From positions 18,710,795 to 18,774,794 of the forward strand of contig NC_092670.1 of the NCBI RefSeq assembly GCF_964355755.1: a stretch of 64,000 bases of DNA, in the 5' to 3' direction. A program made the position numbers and the translations under genes. A model generated the notes under the pieces. The model searched no databases, was not told where the DNA came from, and was given only the letters and a program-made list of their open reading frames with translations. Positions 27,901-39,300 of the stretch are shown here, piece by piece (the stretch's first letter is position 1; each line of letters begins with the position of its first letter). The stretch is from Antedon mediterranea (Eukaryota > Animalia > Echinodermata).

Positions 27901-30900
27901 AAAGATGGAAATAAACAAATAGAAGCAATGGTAGAAAGGAAAGAAACTGCAATATTAAATAGTGAACCATCTGTAGAAGGTGTTGATTTACCAAATCTAA
28001 GAGTGCAGTTGAAAGAAAGAGAAAATGAAGTAAAGAAATTAATGGAACAGATTCTGGAAAAGGAAAAAGAAAACAAAACATTTATAGATCAATTGAACTT
28101 AAAAGAGAATGAATTTCAAGAAGCAAAGACAGTGTATGAAACATCTTTGGCAGATTTTATTGTTGTAAAGGATAGTAAGGCTGCTTTGGAAAAAGAGATT
28201 GCCTTACTACAAAAAGAACTTGAAAGCCTAAAAACAATAAGTGAAGAACAGTCTGTCAAATTTGTAGAAGATTTACAACAAAAAGATAATGAAACAAAGT
28301 CTGATGTTGAACAGATGAAACAAAAGTTAAAAGAAATGAATGAAGCGGAATATTTGAATAACAAAAGGTTTGCAGAGCTTGAACAGCAGATTCTGCAAAA
28401 GACACACGATATAGAGCTTTTGGAAGAACAAGGAAAATCAAAATCAGAAAAATTTGAAAAAGATTCTAAGAAGTTGCGGACAGAACTGAAAGAAGCACAG
28501 CACAGTTTTGATGAACTTGAATTTAAACATATTCAAACTAAAGAGGATTTCAAGAAAATGGAAAAGAGTCAGGAAGAGCAAATTCAACTAATGGGTTCTC
28601 GAATCAAAGATTTAACAACCAAATTAGCAGCAGCTGAACGTAAGGTGAGGGATGCTAGTCGTAAGATAGCATTAGAGCAAAAGTCTAAATTTTCTAAAGG
28701 TAGATCAAGTAGCCGTGAATTTGAAATGAAACTTAAAGAGCTGGAGACAGAATTGGAAGATGTTGAATTGGAGATGGAAGCCCAAGAAAATGACACAACC
28801 TCCCTGGAGGGTAAGATAAAAGTTGTGTCTGATACACTAAAGAAGAATGGTCAAGGAGAAACAATGGTGCATACATCATCAGGTGGAGAGGCATCCGAGG
28901 AGCTGGAAAGTTCTGTACAGGACTTTAATGGCAGTGTAAGCAGCACAGGTAACAAACTTGATGAGTCAGAAGAGAAACTAAGGGTGGTTACAAGAAAACT
29001 TGTAGATCTTACAGCAAAAGAATTAGATAATCGTAAGTCTTATCAAGTCAAGTGCACCTCAGAGCGAATGCTGAAGCAAGAGGTTATCGACTTGAAAAAC
29101 AGACTTGAATCTGTATCTGAAGATCTTAATCAGGTACGGACAAAAAGCATAACTGTTGTATCTGACGTTGAATGTCTTTTGAAAGATATTCATCTTCATG
29201 TTTCAGTTACTTACTCCAAATTACTTCAACTTGATACTAACCAACTGGTTGCATGTAATGCAGATCCAGCCATTTTGAATTCTTTTTTTGGCAGCACTAA
29301 CAACAAAGTAGATTTCATTTCCATTGTCACAACCATGCTAACAAGTGTCCTCAGTGCACTAGACAGCTCACGTAACACTGTTAATAAATTTCAAAAACAG
29401 CTAAATGAAAAGCTTCCCATACCTATGTCATACCCTGTAATTCCCAATGGCCAGGCATTAGATTACACATCTGATAGTTCTTTTCAAAGTTGCTTAAGCT
29501 CAACCAAGTCTCAAGACTTGCTAGAAAATCAAATGGCTAAAATGAATTCCATGGATATGCCAATGCATCAGAGGTCTCTCGAGGCGTTTGCACATGAAAT
29601 GTCTTCTGAAGTTATTGCCGAAAGTGGTAGGGAATTTGCTGAACAAGAAGCTAACTGGCAAGAATATGTCCAGATGCAGTTATGTCTGAAGGAAGTTGAT
29701 AACGTTAATGAACATCTCTTAAGGTTAAAGGCTTGGTTAGAACAGGAGTTAGTGGGCAGCCATTACACTGATAAACCATCCTGTAGCATATCTAGTGACA
29801 TCAATGATTTGTTGTCTAGTAGGTCAAGCATAGAAGCCGAAGCAGCGCTTGTCAGGTCCCCACCACAATCTAAGATTAATTGTGTTAAACATAGACAAAC
29901 TAAAAGATTAAGTCATAGACAAAAAGGTGTGAAATTTTATCAGAGAAAAGATTCTTCTAACACAGTGGGTAAATCAGATAATATGTCAAGCCCTAAGATA
30001 CAGTCTTTTGCTAATACTGTAGCCCATTCTGCCTTAAAAGAGGGAGAGATGACTTATTATAGGACATGTACCAATCATAAAAAAGTTCAGATTGATTGCA
30101 AAAATGCTGATATCCGAAAGAAAGTATGTAGTGCTCATCAAAAATTCACCAGCTTAAGCACAGATCTCCAAGAAATGGTTGCTAGTTACAAGACATCTAG
30201 ATTAAAATTGCTTGGAAAGTTGATGGCAGAAGAAGTTTACCTCCGACAGAATGGATACACAAATGGAAAGAACCTTGGGGAGGATGATTTGAGTCTTGAT
30301 AGTAATAGAATTGTTGATAGACAATTTGAGGTATTAAACACTGGAAGCGTTAGCAACTCTTTACAGGATGTCTCTCCAGTAGTGAATTCAATACTAGAAT
30401 GTATTTGTCTTCAAGATGCTAGACATCAAGCCATGAACCATCTCTACCAAGGAATGGTTTTAGCTGAAGTTCAGCAAGTCTTGCAAAAAATAAAATCTAA
30501 ATATCAGAAACAAATTGAGACAGAAAATGGGAGCTGTCAGAAGTTGTTAAAAAAGCAATTGAATTCAGCTCAGAAACGATACCATCAGATTGAGGAAAAC
30601 GTTAACAAGGAGATGGAACTGGCATCTGATGAACTAAAACAACAGTTTTATTTAGCTCTAGCAGAGATTGATTGCAGTTATAGAAATGTTGGCTATGTTG
30701 GTCTTTCGGATGAAACCTATATTGGAATTCAACACATCTTAGAAGTGTTAGTTTACCAGGCAGTAATTAAAGGTGTAACCTTTTACCTAAATAGTAATAT
30801 TACCACGATGGTTCCACCATTAATTGAAAAGGAGGAACAGAAATGTGAAGAAAATGGGATTGATGAGAACTGGTTAGAAAATAGTGAAGCGGCAGTCCAA

Positions 30901-33900
30901 GTTTCCAGCATACAAGAGTTTGCAGAACAGTTGGCTGATCGTGCTATTATTCAAGCAGAGTCAATCTATATTGCCAGGCAAGTTGAAGCTGATCATGAAA
31001 AGATGCAGATCGAACGTCTAGCAGGAGTTATGGAGAGAATAGCTGCGGAGCATGCTCAGAACATTACAAGTGTTCGTCAGCGATATGAAAAGATGTCAAA
31101 AGCACAAAGAGATGAGCATACTAAAGAGATGTCAGACCTTCAATCTAACTACACCAAGGCCAGAAATGAAGTATCTGCTCTTTCTAAGGAACTGGAAAGT
31201 CTGAACAAACAACAAGAGGCAGAGTGTGACACTGCAGACAAACAACATGGTCTTCAAATTGAGCTGGAAATTCTTAAGCAAGAGTTAATTGCCAAACAGC
31301 AGATGTTGCAGACTAAGGTCCAAGAGCAGTGCCGCCAGCAGGAACTTGTTGAATATTGGAAGACCTGCTTTCACGAACAGATGGTGAGACTTGAAAAGTG
31401 CATCTTAAGGGAAAAACATCGGTTGAAGTTAAAGCAATGGCAGCAAGAATCTGAGAAACTTGCAAGAACCTTCAGAGAAAAAGGAGGCACAGATGGTATG
31501 ACTTTGAACTGGGAGACCTCCACTAATGAGGTAAGGGTCTGTCGCCGTTCCTGCACACAAGATATGCTGCATGGTTTTATCATCTGCTGTATTTTATGTT
31601 TTATTGCCTGGCATGTCATATGATTTTACGCTTCCACTGTTGTGAGATTTTAAGTTGATTTATTCTTTATTTTGGATTCATGTAAAATATGATTTTGCAC
31701 ATCTTTTCATTGAAATTCTAACTCTGATTGCTTAACATCGTGATGCGTTTATTACTATCTCGTTTATTATAAAGATCATACTATAGTACTGTTTATTATT
31801 ATTTTTAATTCAATCACTAAACAGTTCAGAAGTGAAGTGAAGTCGTTATTTATTGTTGTGGTAAAATCTTCCACTTGTTCTCCATCTTCCTTTTTTTTTA
31901 TGTATACAGACATTGTCACTATTATTTATTTGCTATATCAAAGTACAGTATATACTTTTTATATTTTCAGTTAAGTTTCTGTAACTGTAAATCTGTCAGT
32001 AAATGTAATTAATGTTTTTTTTTGGTATTGGGTATGTGAATTGAAGTTAAGTTGCCAGTGCATGAAATACAGCATGGCTGTATCAATAGCATGATAATAT
32101 ATTAACTCAATGAAGAAGAATAATATTATTAATAGTACAATACTAGTTTGTTCGCCTGTATAAATCAAGTTTTATTAAATTTATTCTTTGAATAATTAGT
32201 AGAGAGCAGTTTTATACAGGGTAATGCTAATAACGAACTAGGTGGTTCTAATAGGCTGGGTAGAAAACCTTTAATAACACTAACGTTGTAAAAGAAATTT
32301 GAGCTAGGTAACCCTGTAACTACAGTTATTTTTGTACTTTTAAAATATTATATTTATACTAAAGTGCAAATATTTGTGTTTGTTTAAATGGTTTATGTTG
32401 TTTAACAGAGCATGAACTGTATTATATACATATATACATTATTTTGTATGCATTGTATTGTATTAAGTTGTTCTTATGTATTTGTTAATTTTTCCAACTG
32501 AGGTAAGTATAAAATTTAATTACTCAATTTCATTTATTATGATTGATTAATATGTGATTGAAAGCATGTTGTTAATATAATAATAATTATGAGATTAATA
32601 TTTTGCAAAACAGATCCTGAACTAAATTATGTTAAAAAGATTATTATTTTGAAGGAAAATATGGTTAATTTTGTGTGTTGACAAATGTGCATATATAGTA
32701 AATGTTTTTACGTATACTTTTATAATTATATGTTTTTTGTAAATTTATTCAAATTATTAGGCACCTTTAGAAGGAGAACTAGTAGCACAACAGAAATTCC
32801 ACAGAGATCTGTTGGAGGAACAGACGACTCAGTATCAAAAAGAACTTGAAGAACTAAAAAATAAACGAGAAAAAGAACTGGAAGAAGAGGCTCAAGCAAC
32901 AGCTAAAGGTTTAATTTCAAATGTATTCATGTTACAGTCCACTCCCCCAATACTAGACATCTTTGGGCTGGCCTAATATGTTTTCTGGAAAGACTGGTAT
33001 TCGGGATGTGTTTCTAATGGTAAAAATTAATTTGGGACCTTTTTTGACCTAAAAAAAGGGAGGAGTTTCCGGTTTGTTTTTTTTTACCTGTAACTCTATT
33101 CACCAGTAGCTAGCTTTTACAAGAATGATGAACGTAACATCAACCAAGTGCAGTCCCAATTAATAGGTGTAATGGTGTACTACTGGGCTTATACATTCTG
33201 TATAAATTACTGTTTTCTTCTGTCTGCTGCCCCCCAAAAAAGTGGCTGATGTTGAGTTGTTACTGAGATCTTTGTATAAGTATCTTATTATCACTTCATT
33301 TTATAATCATTATTTTTGTTTTGTTTTTCAGCAATATCGGCTTTGAAACGAGTGCACAATGAAGAGCTTCAGCGAGAGAGAATGAGTGTCAGCGAGATGA
33401 TGTCTGATGATGTGGAAGGAGTAATGAAACGACATAGGTCAGTAATTTAAACCATTAAACTAATTCCTACAAGGTTGATTACTTGGAAATTTGAAGGCAC
33501 TTCTATTGGGAAAGAGATTTATTATAATAAACAAAATTTTTAAAAACATCATGCACTGTCCTTTTCTGTGTGAAATTAATAAATTATAAAAGTTGCTAAA
33601 CTGTCTTTAGTGAAAATTGAACTTACAGTATATGATTAATATAAGTTAATATTACTTGACATTATTTGAAACCTTTTAAACTAACATTTAACTTCTTGGT
33701 AAATTAGATATTATCGCTCATCGTGTACAATAGTACTTCAGTCAGGTTAGTCAAGTGACAACATGTTTTTATCGAGTATTATTGGTTATCTAGCTTATTA
33801 AACATCTTGGTATAGAAAAATCGATACTACTTTTGAACAAAATATTTGGCTTAGAATTATCGTATAACAATGTCTAAGTATTTTGTTTAAAAATCAGTTT

Positions 33901-36316
33901 TTCTGCTACGGTGCACACTTCTGTATGTATATCTCTCACCATGTGTTGTAAGTTGTAGTTTCAATATTATAAGGTTTTTGTTTTATCATGTGATGTAAAT
34001 ATTGGATCATTGTTTATTTTAAATCATATACTATAAAAAAATTGAGATTACATTGTTTTTATAGAAAGTATTTAATGTTTATATTTCCATGTGCACATTT
34101 TTTTTTACATTATGTTTTATTTATTCTGTTGTACAATGGTGTTTTCATTTGATTGATTATAAAATTGCTTTACAATACATCATATTTTAAAAACATTTGA
34201 AAACATATTACAGAAGAAGCTACAGAAATAGACAAATAGTTGCATGATTATTGTGATTGATAGCTACATAATGTGAAAATCAAAAATGATATCGAATTCC
34301 TCAAAAAAATATGTTTATGAAAAAAAATTGAAGATTTTTTTTTGTTATTTCAGGGAAGTAGTTAACCGGATGGAGAAGGAATGGCGAATCCTTTCTGAGA
34401 AATATTCATCACAGTGTCGTGAAAATGTGAATCTGCAAAGAACAGTGAAGACCTTAAAACAAACGATGGAAGAACTACAAAGAAAGAAAGAAGAGATTGT
34501 CCAACAGAACGTAGAGGTTACGACACAATTAGAAAAAGATGTTGAAGATTTACAACTTGAAATGCAGAAAGGAGATAAGGTGTTTGAAGAGAGTGATTTG
34601 ATTCGAAAATTACAGGTAAAATAAAATCAAGTTTGTCAAGAAGTTTGACAAACTTCAAACTGCAGAAAACAAGTAGTTGTATACACTAACAAACTTTAGG
34701 TTGCAAACTCCAAGTTTGGCAAGATAAGTTCCAAAGTTTGCTATTATAGAACAGTTACAAACTCGAGCAAATTCTGAGTTTGCAAAAACAAAAATGTTGT
34801 AAAGAAGTTTGCTAGTGTAAACCAATTGACAAACTTCAAAAAAGAAGTAGTCTACACTAACCAACTTTAGTTTACAAACTTGAGTAAACTCCAAATTTGG
34901 CAAGATAAGTTCCAAAGTTTGCTAGTGTAGACAAATTGACAAACTTCAGAAAACAAGCAGAAGTATACACTAACCAACTTTAGTTAGAAACTTGAGCAAA
35001 CTCCAAATTTGGCAAGATAAGTTTGCTAATGTAAACCAGTTGACAAATTTCTGCAAACTTTTGAAAACAAGTTTGCAGAACTCTCTACACCTGTAAACTT
35101 TAATTAATTAATTTTGTAAAGTTTGCTAGTGCAACTTTAGTTTTTAACCCTAAACAAACTCCAATTTTGGCAAGTTAAGTTTACCAATGTTTGCCAATGT
35201 AGACCAGTTAATCTGATTCTCAATTTACCTGTTGTTGTATTAAACAGATTCAACTGAGAATAAAAGAAATTGAGTTGAAATGCAGTTTAGATGATATGCA
35301 AAAATCCAAGGTATTCATTGATGCAACAAAGAAAGAAAACAGCGATTTACAAGAACAAATAAAGCATTTGCAAAATGAAAAACAGCTGTCAAGCCAACGT
35401 GTTGATCTGTTGGAGTTTCAAGTAAATTCACTGCAGACTGAAAGAGGAAAGGTATGCACAAGTGGTGAAGGGCCTGCAATACCACCTGAAGGCTCTGTAG
35501 ATTGTGAAGAGGTGTTTGAATCTCCAGTTAGCAGTCCTGGCCAGTTTGACGCTAAATATAACCCATGGTTTCCTCCTGAGAATACAGAAAATCCAAGACG
35601 TAAGATTTGTTTTTAGTGGTTTTTTTTTTCAGTACCTCACTTTGGGATCATGTCACATTTATTATATTTCATTTACTTTAGTAACTAAATTTCTTCACTG
35701 CAATAATGTATGGTCTTAGTTTGTTTCAATGTAAATGATGAGGTAGTCACTGTAATTTTTTAAAACCCATGGTACTGGTTAATAACCTTGCTATTTTGTT
35801 GCAGCCATGGTGTACCATTCTTGCTTACCAATTGTGTCATAATATGTATGAGAACCGTATAAACAAGTAATCTAATATATTTGTTTTTGTTGTAGATCCA
35901 CTAGATTCCTCCAGTAGTAGTACACACTCAGATGGCTCAGCATTTAGTTCTTCCAAGGTAATATAAAAACAAATAAAAATCTTCAAAAATCAATTGAGCT
36001 GAACTTGAGATAATATCAATAAGGCATGTTTTATTAACTATTTATTATGTTTATTGATTTTTTTTTCTGGTTTATAAATGAAACAACATTCAGCTGGTAT
36101 GCTGAAGTTGCTAAATTAAAGTCAGGCATATTTATATAAATAAAACATTCAAAAAATAATTAACATACAGTTTAACCAAAATAAAAAGCTTTTATTTCAA
36201 TTTCTCATAAACGTTTTACAAAATCCCATAGCAAAGTATGCAGGTTTTTCTGCTGATTTTTGTGAGATTAGTTAATAAAAAAACTCATTGTTTCCTTCCA
36301 GATTGAACATGTTTGA
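792..36316 (+). CDS. MPRIP: Myosin phosphatase Rho-interacting protein / TRIOBP / outspread family gene (5'-partial, 17 coding exons in window)
   Basis: Exons 792-943, 2499-2598, 3130-3419, 4660-5434, 16537-16626, 19301-19354, 22378-22449, 25015-25104, 25748-26503, 26619-26777, 26926-31530, 32761-32908, 33332-33437, 34354-34615, 35248-35599, 35896-35957, 36302-36316, all AG/GT-bounded with compatible phases. Motifs match my recollection of MPRIP: PH1 (PATIPQGHIDM...YIRAETREE..WLEIL..YP), PH2 (KKGWLIKQ..W.KHWFVL..YYKD..AEE..RNYGFAI..AMTSGIKNNWVQAI) and the C-terminal coil (LSEKYS..C.EN, LRIKE.E). Confidence 0.9.
1244..1443. repeat. Local tandem duplication (~105-bp period, 2 copies)
   Basis: ataccagggtacttggt...atgaaacttggttt at 1244 and 1349. 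Confidence 0.85.
1533..2478. mobile_element. Tc1/mariner-pogo (Tigger-like) MITE
   Basis: Perfect 20-bp TIRs CAGTCGACCTTCTCATTTAC / GTAAATGAGAAGGTCGACTG, TA target-site duplications (1531-32, 2479-80), subterminal gaaccttct..tttacgaacgcc repeats, no ORF. Confidence 0.9.
2499..2598 (+). CDS. MPRIP: MPRIP-like exon, end of PH1 and basic stretch
   Basis: ttttgcag|T TGG ... CTG|gtaaag; WLEILSEYPKINEENARQNKKRKPVYPMITDDL. Confidence 0.88.
3130..3419 (+). CDS. MPRIP: MPRIP-like exon, disordered linker
   Basis: Open frame KDTNKESEK...REGSL; phase 0 to phase 2; NAGNAG acceptor; donor AG|gtataa. Confidence 0.75.
3517..3660. mobile_element. Palindromic Harbinger-like MITE, family A (degenerate copy)
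   Basis: cttggttcccact...aacgcaaggac ... gtccttgtgttgc..ctagtg; similar copies at 50405-50567 and 56438-56620. Confidence 0.6.
3666..4260. mobile_element. Kolobok-type non-autonomous DNA transposon
   Basis: 16-bp perfect TIR AGACCCCTTCCCTACA / TGTAGGGAAGGGGTCT flanked by TTAA on both sides (3662-65, 4261-64); RR...YY termini with a TTAA TSD are the Kolobok signature. Confidence 0.85.
4660..5434 (+). CDS. MPRIP: MPRIP-like exon, Ser/Arg-rich linker
   Basis: tttcag|T AGG ... GAG|gtaaga; contains most of ORF 4832..5545; many RxxS motifs. Confidence 0.82.
8129..8250. repeat. Degenerate ~41-bp tandem repeat, 3 copies
   Basis: g.tga.gcagt.tacccc.tagggtg recurs at about 8129, 8170 and 8211. Confidence 0.7.
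9547..9908 (-). mobile_element. 5S rRNA-derived SINE (SINE3)
   Basis: Reverse complement of 9795-9908 reads ...TACCACGTTGAAACACCGGTTCTTGTCAGATCACCGAAGTAAAGCAAC..GGGCCTGGTTAGAGCTTGGATGGGAGACC..., a diverged 5S rRNA; it is followed by a ~200-nt unrelated body and an A-rich tail (T-rich on + strand, 9547-9590). Confidence 0.8.
16537..16626 (+). CDS. MPRIP: MPRIP-like exon
   Basis: Poly-T cag|GAA ... CCA|gtaagt; EPKLKRSNSDPNLSEADDMLKRKEIAMTFP. Confidence 0.8.
16655..16875 (-). mobile_element. RTE-clade LINE 3'-end fragment (degenerate RT C-terminus)
   Basis: Minus-strand translation with stops: K*R*AGHV...TTD*PPRIGKRKKGKPRIRWRNDMR...KWRALEEGYVLQWT, matching the W.WAGHV..W.P..KR..GRP..RW..W..LEE.YV.QW pattern of RTE ORF2 ends. 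Confidence 0.75.
19301..19354 (+). CDS. MPRIP: MPRIP-like exon, start of PH2
   Basis: ttttacag|GGT ... CAG|gtaaga; GLFHLKKGWLIKQGESEQ. Confidence 0.9.
20599..21605. repeat. 84-bp minisatellite, about 12 copies
   Basis: Unit caagtaattaatgtttatgagttgaatagaacagtcaggtttttaacgaatgaaattattcttcctattcaactattaccaaat; produces the repetitive ORFs at 20681 and 20932. Confidence 0.95.
22378..22449 (+). CDS. MPRIP: MPRIP-like exon, PH2
   Basis: tttag|GAT ... GAG|gtacgt; [24 protein letters not shown]. Confidence 0.92.
25015..25104 (+). CDS. MPRIP: MPRIP-like exon, PH2
   Basis: atcag|GAT ... CGA|gtaagt; DCSLSGVIELANCIEARSTTVSRNYGFAIR. Confidence 0.92.
25748..26503 (+). CDS. MPRIP: MPRIP-like exon, end of PH2 plus acidic/Ser-rich linker
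   Basis: tttcag|ACT ... CAG|gtaaat; TPNYSIILAAMTSGIKNNWVQAINKA...VVELLETQ. Confidence 0.9.
26619..26777 (+). CDS. MPRIP: MPRIP-like exon, coiled coil
   Basis: ttttag|GTT ... CAG|gtaaac; VDSLQEQLTSTRTDLENSNKQ...VYETQ. Confidence 0.85.
26926..31530 (+). CDS. MPRIP: MPRIP-like giant coiled-coil exon (4,605 nt, 1,535 aa)
   Basis: tttag|TTG ... GAG|gtaagg; phase 0-0; corresponds to ORF 26926..31623; E/K/Q/L heptad-rich. Confidence 0.88.
32761..32908 (+). CDS. MPRIP: MPRIP-like exon, C-terminal coil
   Basis: attag|GCA ... AAA G|gtttaa; APLEGELVAQQKFHRDLLEEQTTQYQKELEELKNKREKELEEEAQATAK. Confidence 0.85.
33332..33437 (+). CDS. MPRIP: MPRIP-like exon, C-terminal coil
   Basis: ttttcag|CA ... AG|gtcagt; AISALKRVHNEELQRER... 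Confidence 0.85.
34354..34615 (+). CDS. MPRIP: MPRIP-like exon, C-terminal coil
   Basis: tttcag|G GAA ... CAG|gtaaaa; EVVNRMEKEWRILSEKYSSQCRENVNLQ... Confidence 0.88.
34628..35210. repeat. Degenerate tandem/foldback repeat (~115-bp modules)
   Basis: Recurring aagtttgctagtgta.acca.ttgacaaact, tacactaaccaactttag and aaactccaaatttggcaagataagtt modules fill most of this intron. Confidence 0.8.
35248..35599 (+). CDS. MPRIP: MPRIP-like exon
   Basis: aaacag|ATT; IQLRIKEIELK...ENPR; donor C|gtaaga at 35599, with an alternative donor AAG|gtatgc at 35451. Confidence 0.8.
35896..35957 (+). CDS. MPRIP: MPRIP-like penultimate coding exon
   Basis: ttgtag|AT ... AAG|gtaata; HPLDSSSSSTHSDGSAFSSSK. Confidence 0.7.
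36302..36316 (+). CDS. MPRIP: MPRIP-like terminal coding exon (IEHV*), followed by a long AT-rich 3' UTR
   Basis: tttccttccag|ATT GAA CAT GTT TGA; AATAAA signals downstream near 37115, 37846 and 39156. Confidence 0.6.
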   Translation: MEHV

Positions 36317-39300
36317 TGACGTTCTTCATCCGTAAAGAACATTTTTGTAACAAGTGTCGTCAGTATTGTTTGTAAACTATTGAAGGCTTCCATAAACTGA
36401 AGAACAGACATGGATACAGTAAAACTTTGTTCTTAGGAAACAATCAACTCATTTTTTCAGAAACATTAATTTACATTTTTTAATTAATTTTTGTAATTTA
36501 TTTGGTATTTATAATCACTGTGCTATTTAAATATAAGGTAATTCATTTTGGACCAAATTTAGTTTATTTGGTTGTAAGACGTCAGCTGTAAGTGTAGCGT
36601 GGTCGAATCGCCATGGTAACAGTATCACTACTTTGTAATATATAGTATTAAATGTTGATACCTTGAACTTGTTGCCATGGTTATTACTAATATCAGCGCT
36701 TTTAGTATATTATATATGTATTTACATTTTTTTTTATGAGAGGGTACAATTGGTTGTTATTTCAATTGTATTTCAGAACTCTTCAATCATCAGTCATCTC
36801 CTTTACTACCTTTTTTTCTCTCCAGCCCACAAAGCTCCATCCCCACCCTTCCAATCTTTCTCCCCTCTCTTTTGTGATAGATAAATAGATGCAAATTTAA
36901 AATTCATACCTACTTCCAAGCAAAAACTACTATGCAATCATTGTTCTTAATAGAATATTGAAATCATATATTTTTAATAGAATGATCTATTTTTATGGCA
37001 ATTATTACAAGAGCATGTGTCAGATTTTCACTGCTTAAACCATTCATTAAAATATATTAACACTAATTACTTCAGACAAGGGTTTTAAATTACTCAATCA
37101 ACACGTTTTGTTGTAATAAATGTTTCAATTCATAAAAATGGACAAATATTGTACAACGCAGTAATAACGATTGAATAGAATATAAAAAATAATAGGAAGT
37201 AATTTTTCGTGATTTGGTTTGAGATACGACGTTGTCAATAATCAAGTTGAGAATTGTATTGATAGTGGATGAGCCTGTCTTAACGAATGCATACTGTACT
37301 GCGCATTTCTAACTGTATGCTGCCCTCAGTTTTGTATAACTGATGAGTCTACTACACTTATCATAGATTTTTTGAACACATAATTCTGACTCGTATTAAT
37401 TTAAATTTTAAGGCATATTGGCAGGAGATGGCTCAAGGAAATTCCTTTATCAAACATCAATTTGATTTAAGCAACTCACTAGCTAACCAGCATATTTGTG
37501 TTATTATTTTATATACACTTTAATTTAACAACTCATTAGTTGGTTGTTGTTTTGGTACATTTTGAAAAACCTCTATTTTAAACTTATTGTTTGTTTTTTC
37601 TAGGTAAATTGTCTGAAATCGAAACAGCTCAGTAGTTATAAATGTTCGTACTGTACCTCCAAATTGTTTACACCCTATAGTATTCTTAGCTTAGCAATGA
37701 TAACACGGTTTACTTTCTACGGAAATGCTAAGGAAAAATTCAGGTTATGAAATGTGTGCTTTTGGTATAGGAAAGAACTAACTAGCCAGAATTGTTTTTT
37801 CTTTAGTGGACTGTTATACCTCACATATTGTACTGAATTATACTTAATAAAGTATGTTGTATTTCTGTGTTAGATTATGTTTTATTAGTAAATAATCATT
37901 TTAGAAGGATTATTATTTGAAAAGTATCGCAATGGAATTTCATTAATTTGATAAAAAGAGTGCTGCATATTTACAGGTTGTTTTAAGTTAATTTTAAAAA
38001 GGCTGTGTCAAAATGTTTGTTACTGGAGTAAATTTGAACACCTTTGCTCATCCATTGCTAATCAATATTGTATGCTGTTTACTTATTACTGCAGTAACAG
38101 CATATAGAACTGCAGTAACCCAATTACGTCATTAAATTAGATTTTAGTTAATGCGTTTAAATTATATTAGCTGACAATCAAAACTCAGTGCATGTAAAAT
38201 AATGGGTTTATGTAAAAAGTGTGTACAAACAAATACAGTAAAACTTAAAAGGAAGAATTCTATACATGCCAATTTGAGATCTCTTACTGTAATTAATAAA
38301 TATGAAATTCTTCCTAATATTGGCTGTTTAATGTACATTAGAAACCCTATCAGGGGACACGTTTGAGCCCAACAAAATGTCCTCAGAATAGGAGGAGTGT
38401 ACAGTTGGCATAATGTTGAAATATATAAAGTATTTCTCTTGTTGTGAGGTGGTTTCCCGATTAATTGCGTGAGGTGGTTTCCCGATTAATCGTATTATCA
38501 AAACGGTACTGGGTTCGTTTCACAGGAAAATGTCCCCTTAATAGGGTTGTCCCAAAGGGTTCTACTATGAATTTGATTTACACTGTACAGCAGATTATTT
38601 ACTTTTGTTTTTGTTGCATGTTGTGACTTAAGTATTGTATCAACCTTGAGCTATGTAAAATAAGCCCATGTATTCAACTTCTTAAAATATTTATTTTACG
38701 ACTCATTGTGAATTATGTTTATCAAAATCATAATTAGCTTTTTTATTTATTGACAATCTGATATATAGTGTTTCATTTATAATGTATAATATCTAGAAGT
38801 AAAAATGATACAATTTTGTAGATTTTGTTTCTTAAAAATGAACCTTGTAATTCTTAATGTAAATATTTACTAAACACCTTTCGACACTCAAAATAGTATT
38901 ATATAGTCTAGAAGAAAACAAATAATAATCTATTGTATGTGATGTGTTGTTGGAAATGCTTTGTATTTTGGTTCTTTGTATTTATGATATTATATTCTAA
39001 AACGATGGAAGTGTAGAATTAGATTTCATACAAATGTTAATGTATACTTCCTTGTTTATAACGGTGCTGTATTTATAAACCACCCCAATGGATTAGAGAA
39101 TAATGAACAAAACTAGTAGTACAATAGTTAGTAGTTTGCTTAATTTATATTCAAGAATAAACTGACATGTTGATAGAAACTATATTCAAAATCACCATTG
39201 ACAAAAGAAGCCACAAAAACAGATAAATTAGTAGATAGCATAACATATAATATTAATAGGCTGTCGCCTGGATGGCTGCCAAATAGCTATCTAATTTATC

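Noticed and set aside
26050-31619. Minus-strand Ser/Phe/Leu-rich ORFs
   Set aside because: Antisense shadows of the E/K-rich MPRIP exons
26926-31623. Stand-alone 1565-aa gene (SMC/myosin-like)
   Set aside because: Starts at TTG directly after an AG acceptor and has an in-frame donor at 31530; it is an internal exon
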